From the NCBI GenBank assembly GCA_964547985.1, contig CAZJPV010000001.1, forward strand, positions 51,797 through 115,796: a stretch of DNA of 64,000 nt, in the 5' to 3' direction. Positions 59,389 to 64,000 of the stretch are shown here, one piece after another. Under the pieces are notes generated by a model. The model saw only the letters and a list, made by a program, of their open reading frames with translations. It was not told the DNA's origin and did no database searches. The translations under genes were made by a program, and so were the position numbers. Every line of letters starts with the position of its first letter. The stretch's first letter is position 1. The stretch is from an uncultured Syntrophaceae bacterium (lineage in GTDB: Bacteria > Desulfobacterota > Syntrophia > Syntrophales > UBA2192).

Positions 59389-60921
59389 ATGAATGACCTG
59401 AATCTCCACAAAAAACAAAAACCTCTGGTATTCACGCTGCTCTTCTCCCTCCTCCTGGCGCTCCTGTGCTTTTTCGGGCCATCCCATTCCCTGGCCTATG
59501 ATCTCGAGAAAAAGGTTTTGAAATACGAACTGGAGAACGGTCTCGTGGTTCTCATTCTGGAGAGGCACATCAGCCCTACCGTATCCTTTTATATCCGTCA
59601 CCGTGTCGGCGCCCTCCAGGAGGGGGACGGGTCGACGGGGGCCGCACACCTTCTGGAGCACATGCTTTTCAAGGGAACGAAGACAATCGGGACGAAAAAT
59701 TACCGGCAGGAAAAGAGGCTTCTCGACGAAATCCGCAAGACCGGAAACGCCCTGGATCACGAGCGGCTTAAGGGCGAGCAAGCGGACCGAGTGACCATCG
59801 ACCGGCTGTCTGTAAAGCTTCGCCACCTTCAGTCTCAGGCCAAGGCCTTGATGGTCGATAACGAAATCGATAGGCTTTACACCGAAAACGGCGGTGTGGA
59901 TCTCAACGCCTCCACAGGACAGGACGTGACATCCTACCATGTCAGCCTCCCGGCCAACAAGATGGAGCTCTGGGCCCGGGTCGAATCCGACCGGATGATG
60001 AACCCCGTGTTCCGTGAATTCTACTCGGAGCGGGATGTCGTGATGGAAGAGAGAAAACAGACGATTGAGTCAGTACCCCAGCGGAAACTCATGGAACTTC
60101 TTCTGGCCACAGCCTTCAAGGCCCATCCCTACCGAAGGCCCATCATCGGGTGGCCTTCGGATGTGCAGGCTCTCTCTATGGACTACCTCGAGTGGTTTTC
60201 CAGAACCTATCACGCGCCGAACAATACCGTCATCGCCGTTGTGGGTGATGTGGACCCGGTCAAGACACTGGGCATCGTCAAGAAATATTTCGGCACGATC
60301 AGCAGGGTCAACCTGCCTCCCCTTCGAATCACGGCGGAGCCGCCCCAGCAGGGTGAGCAGCGCGTCGAGCTGCTGGCCGATGCCAATCCCTATCTCCTCA
60401 TGGGTTACCACAAGCCGACCCTGCCCTCCTTCGACGATTATGTCTTCGATGTCATCGACGCACTCCTCACCCGGGGCCGGACATCGCGTCTATACAGGAC
60501 CCTCGTCGAAGAGCGCGGCATCGCGGAGAGCATCGACACAGCCAACGGCCTTCCCGGCTCGAAACACCCCAACCTGTTCGTCATCATGGCCACCCCCAGG
60601 CACCCGAACACGGTGGAGGAACTCGAAGCGGCGATTCATGCGGAAACCGAAAAACTCAAGAAGGAGCCCGTCTCCCCCCGTGAGCTCGAAAAGGTCGTGA
60701 ACCAGTTCCGGGCGGACCTGATCCGTGATCTCGACTCCAACAACGGCCTTGCAAGCAAACTGTCCTACTATGAGGCCATCACCGGGGATTTTCGCTACAT
60801 CACGCGTCACATTCAGGTCGTCGAGTCGATCAAGTCCGCAGACGTCATGAAAGCGGCCCGGACTTATTTTGTCCCGGAAAACAGGACCGTCGCGACCCTG
60901 GTCCGAAGGGAAAAACCATGA
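59389..60921 (+). CDS. M16B zinc peptidase, catalytic subunit, exported
   Basis: Signal peptide; LENGL, HLLEH (HxxEH), NASTGQDVT, HPYRRPIIGW. Confidence 0.92.
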   Translation: MNDLNLHKKQKPLVFTLLFSLLLALLCFFGPSHSLAYDLEKKVLKYELENGLVVLILERHISPTVSFYIRHRVGALQEGDGSTGAAHLLEHMLFKGTKTIGTKNYRQEKRLLDEIRKTGNALDHERLKGEQADRVTIDRLSVKLRHLQSQAKALMVDNEIDRLYTENGGVDLNASTGQDVTSYHVSLPANKMELWARVESDRMMNPVFREFYSERDVVMEERKQTIESVPQRKLMELLLATAFKAHPYRRPIIGWPSDVQALSMDYLEWFSRTYHAPNNTVIAVVGDVDPVKTLGIVKKYFGTISRVNLPPLRITAEPPQQGEQRVELLADANPYLLMGYHKPTLPSFDDYVFDVIDALLTRGRTSRLYRTLVEERGIAESIDTANGLPGSKHPNLFVIMATPRHPNTVEELEAAIHAETEKLKKEPVSPRELEKVVNQFRADLIRDLDSNNGLASKLSYYEAITGDFRYITRHIQVVESIKSADVMKAARTYFVPENRTVATLVRREKP

Positions 60922-62333
60922 TCATGAAACGTCTTCTTCCCGCCCTCCTGATGGCGGCCCTTCTGACCCCCTTTTGCGACGGGTTCTGCGCGCCGCCCCT
61001 GCCCGATCCGCAGCGGCTCAAATACCCCCCGCTTACCTTCATGCCCCCCGAACCGGAAAGAGTCGAGCTTGAGAACGGCATGGTCCTCTACGTCCTTGAG
61101 GATCGCGAATTGCCCGTCGTCCATGTCTCGGCCGTCATCAGGGCCGGATCAGCCTATGACCCGGAGGGTCGGGAGGGACTCGCCGAGCTCACGGCCCACG
61201 TCATGAGAACGGGCGGTACCCGCAGCATGACGGGCGACGAGATCGATGACCTCCTGGAATTCACGGCCGCATCCATATCAGTCTCAGCCGGGTCCGACGC
61301 CGCCTCGGCAGATCTTTTCGTCTTGAAAAAAGATTACGACAGGGTTTTTCAGATATTTTCAGACATTCTGATCCACCCCGTTTTCGATGAAAGAAAGCTT
61401 GAACTCGCCAAGGGCCTCAAAATAGAGGATCTGAGACGGATCGCGGACGTCCCGCAAAGGCTCGCCTTCCGGGAATTTCGGAAAGTGCTCTACAGCGGCA
61501 ATCCCCGGGGAAGGCTCTCCACCATTGAGTCCGTCGGGCGTATCCAGAAAGACGACCTGGAGGGATTCCACAAGCGGTTTTTCCTTCCGCGAAACATCAT
61601 GATGGCCGTCTCAGGTGATGTTGACGGGAAGGAAGTCATTGAAAAGTTTCGCCGCCACTTCGCAGGCTGGCACGATGCCGGGAGGGTTCACCCTGTTCTG
61701 CCCCCGGGGGAAAAGCACTCTTCCCCCATCTATTACCTCCATAAAGAGGGCCCCCAGTCGACGATCATCGTGGGGTTTCTGGCCCCCGAGAAAAAGAGTC
61801 CCGATTCGTATCCCTTCACCCTTCTCGATTTCATCGTGGGAAGCGGCGGTTTCAGGTCCAGGATCTTTCAGGAGATCCGCAGCAACATGGGTCTCGCTTA
61901 CAGTACCGGCAGTTATTATGAGGGCAGAGAGGGATACGGTGTCTTCGGGTCCTATGCCATCACCAAATCGGAAACGACAGGCACGGTTCTTGCCCGGCTC
62001 TGGCAAATCCTGCAGGATGCCGGTCGCCGGAAGGTACTGGAAGGCGAACTGACGTGGGCCAAGAACGCCATCGTCAACAGTTTCATTTTTTCTTTCAGCT
62101 CCACCGACCTGATTGCGACACAGCAGATGATGATCGAATTCCACGGCCTTCCCCCCGATTATCTCCGTACCTATCGAGGCCGGATCGAAGCGGTAAATCG
62201 TGACGACGTCCTCCGGGTTGCGGGGCAGTACCTCCGTGATGGTCGGGCGACAACCCTCGTCGTCGGCAATGAACAAAACTTCGACCGTCCCCTTTCGACA
62301 TTCGGGGACATCCATAAAATCGATTGGAAATAG
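60918..62333 (+). CDS. M16B peptidase partner subunit (non-catalytic), exported
   Basis: LENGM, GLAELTAHVM (no HxxEH), SRIFQEIRSNMGLAY R/Y pair. Confidence 0.88.
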   Translation: MIMKRLLPALLMAALLTPFCDGFCAPPLPDPQRLKYPPLTFMPPEPERVELENGMVLYVLEDRELPVVHVSAVIRAGSAYDPEGREGLAELTAHVMRTGGTRSMTGDEIDDLLEFTAASISVSAGSDAASADLFVLKKDYDRVFQIFSDILIHPVFDERKLELAKGLKIEDLRRIADVPQRLAFREFRKVLYSGNPRGRLSTIESVGRIQKDDLEGFHKRFFLPRNIMMAVSGDVDGKEVIEKFRRHFAGWHDAGRVHPVLPPGEKHSSPIYYLHKEGPQSTIIVGFLAPEKKSPDSYPFTLLDFIVGSGGFRSRIFQEIRSNMGLAYSTGSYYEGREGYGVFGSYAITKSETTGTVLARLWQILQDAGRRKVLEGELTWAKNAIVNSFIFSFSSTDLIATQQMMIEFHGLPPDYLRTYRGRIEAVNRDDVLRVAGQYLRDGRATTLVVGNEQNFDRPLSTFGDIHKIDWK

Positions 62334-62336
62334 GCG

Positions 62337-63578
62337 ATGATCGATCAGACACTCCATCAGAGGATCGCGGCACGGATTCAGGCCTGCCGTGACGACATGG
62401 TCCGGATGCAGATCGAGCTGACGTCCATCCCGGCCCTCGCCCCGGAAAACGGCGGGGACGGAGAGGAGAAAAAGGCAACCTTTCTCATGGAGCGGCTCCG
62501 CACCCTGGGATTCAACCACATCGATGAGCACTCGGCCCCGGATGACCGGGTCCCCTGCGGATTCAGGCCTAATATCGCCGTTCACCTCCGGGGAAAGCGA
62601 AGCGACGGAAAGGTCTGGATCTTCACCCACCTCGACGTGGTCCCTCCCGGTGACAGGACGGCATGGGAGACCGATCCGTACCGGGCCTTCGAGCGAAACG
62701 GTCGAATATACGGGCGGGGGACGGAGGACAATCAGCAAGACATGGTGGCTTCGATCTTCGCTGCCAAAGCCTTTCTCGACGAGGGCATTCAACCCGAACG
62801 TTCGATCGGGCTCATCTTTGTGGCCGATGAAGAAATGGGAAGCAAATGGGGGATCGAGCACCTGATTCGCCATGGTAAAATTCCCATCCAGAAAACCGAT
62901 ATCCTGGTCATACCCGACTTCGGCAACGATGAGGGTTCCATGATCGAGGTGGCGGAAAAGAGCATGCTCTGGGTCCGATTCCAGACGAAGGGAAAGCAGT
63001 GCCATGCCAGCAAGCCCTCTCTCGGGAAGAACGCATTCCTGGCGGCTTCCCACCTCGTCGTCCGTCTGCAGACACTTCACGCCCTCTTCGATGCCGTCGA
63101 TCCGGTCTATGAACCTCCCGGGAGCACCTTCGAACCTACGAAAAAAGAAGCCAATGTCCCGAACGTCAATACCATCCCGGGCGACGATGTCTTCCACCTG
63201 GACTGCAGAATCCTTCCTCAGTATGCCCTGGACGATGTGCTGGAACGGATGCGGGGCCTGGCAGATGAAATTGAAAGGGCCTTTGGTGTCACAGTCGAAA
63301 TCTCGCCGATTCAGAAAAATCAGGCCCCCCCGCCCACGCCTGACGACGCCCCCGTTGTCCGCGCCCTTCAGGCCGCTGTTAAAGACGTCTACGGCGTTTC
63401 GGCATCTCCCGTCGGCATCGGCGGCGGGACAGTGGCAGCCTTCTTCCGGAAAGAGGGGTTTCCTGCTGCCGTGTGGTGCCGGATCGGCCAGAACGCCCAT
63501 CAGCCCAATGAAAGCTGCCTCATTGAAAACATGCTGGGCAACGCCAAGGTCTATAGCCACCTCTTTCTCCAGGTGTGA
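62337..63578 (+). CDS. M20 family metallohydrolase (DapE/ArgE-like)
   Basis: HLDVVP, GRGTEDN, ADEEMG, GKQCHAS, GGGT, AHQPNE. Confidence 0.9.
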   Translation: MIDQTLHQRIAARIQACRDDMVRMQIELTSIPALAPENGGDGEEKKATFLMERLRTLGFNHIDEHSAPDDRVPCGFRPNIAVHLRGKRSDGKVWIFTHLDVVPPGDRTAWETDPYRAFERNGRIYGRGTEDNQQDMVASIFAAKAFLDEGIQPERSIGLIFVADEEMGSKWGIEHLIRHGKIPIQKTDILVIPDFGNDEGSMIEVAEKSMLWVRFQTKGKQCHASKPSLGKNAFLAASHLVVRLQTLHALFDAVDPVYEPPGSTFEPTKKEANVPNVNTIPGDDVFHLDCRILPQYALDDVLERMRGLADEIERAFGVTVEISPIQKNQAPPPTPDDAPVVRALQAAVKDVYGVSASPVGIGGGTVAAFFRKEGFPAAVWCRIGQNAHQPNESCLIENMLGNAKVYSHLFLQV

Positions 63579-63660
63579 AAAGAACCGGAAACCTGTTGCA
63601 TTCAAGACGCTAACGTGCTAGCATTCTTACGAAAATCACACAGGAGCACTGGATTCTTTA

Positions 63661-64000
63661 TTGAAGGCACAACTGGAAGATTTATCCCTCCGCAAATTAA
63701 GCTTCCCGAATAACAATGTCCTGCGCCTTCTTTTCGGCGAACGCGATCAGCACATCAAACTCATAGAAAAAATGCAGAAGGTGAAGATCTCCGTGCGGGG
63801 GAATCACATCTCTCTTTCGGGGGAGAGTCTTGACGTCGATCTCACGGAGAAACTCCTCGTGCAGCTATACAGCCTCATCGAAAAAGGATACCCCGTCTTT
63901 TCGACGGATATCGACTTCGCCCTCCGGATCCTGACGGAAAACCGCTCGACCCATCTCGAAGATATTTTTCTCGACCGGGTTTTCATCTCCTCGAAAAAGC
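63661..64000 (+). CDS. PhoH-family protein, N-terminal KH-like part (3'-truncated)
   Basis: Hand translation from TTG: ...LLFGERDQHIKLIEK...ISVRGNHISLSG...LVQLYSLIEKGY; frame open to the window end. Confidence 0.7.
   Translation, partial: MKAQLEDLSLRKLSFPNNNVLRLLFGERDQHIKLIEKMQKVKISVRGNHISLSGESLDVDLTEKLLVQLYSLIEKGYPVFSTDIDFALRILTENRSTHLEDIFLDRVFISSKK

Noticed and set aside
57733-63578. RiPP-like cluster (B12 radical SAM + small ORF + M16 peptidases)
   Set aside because: The small ORF looks like an integral membrane protein, not a precursor. The M16 proteins carry signal peptides while the rSAM is cytoplasmic. No RRE domain or exporter is seen.

Overview
A gene-dense, GC-rich bacterial chromosomal segment. 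Gene content and order (tsaB-DUF465-psd-pssA-asd, ispG-proS-rel, rph-rdgB-tRNA-Pro, iorAB, DUF4911, DUF1285) suggest an anaerobic Desulfobacterota/Syntrophales-like organism (inference). It holds about 60 CDS, mostly housekeeping, and one tRNA-Pro(TGG). I saw no integrase, transposase, rRNA or CRISPR array. The best hidden signal, absent from the ORF track, is at 19935-20109: a 26-codon Phe-rich leader peptide (…GFFSFFGFFG…) overlapping a full set of mutually exclusive helices (1:2, 2:3, 3:4, plus a second 4:5/5:6 terminator relay). It lies upstream of a Liv-type ABC transporter / acyl-CoA ligase / PaaK-like operon. Together with iorAB in the same window, this suggests a Phe-starvation-induced aryl-acid (phenylacetate) or Phe salvage system. 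Other oddities: a PurF lacking the catalytic Cys1, a probable CTG-initiated rdgB, two ferritin-like proteins ending in Gly-Gly, a TPR/YidD-like pair with one lesion each next to an AT-richer patch, a long hairpin upstream of purMN, and two periodic inverted-repeat elements. All product calls come from motif recognition by eye; no database searches were run.
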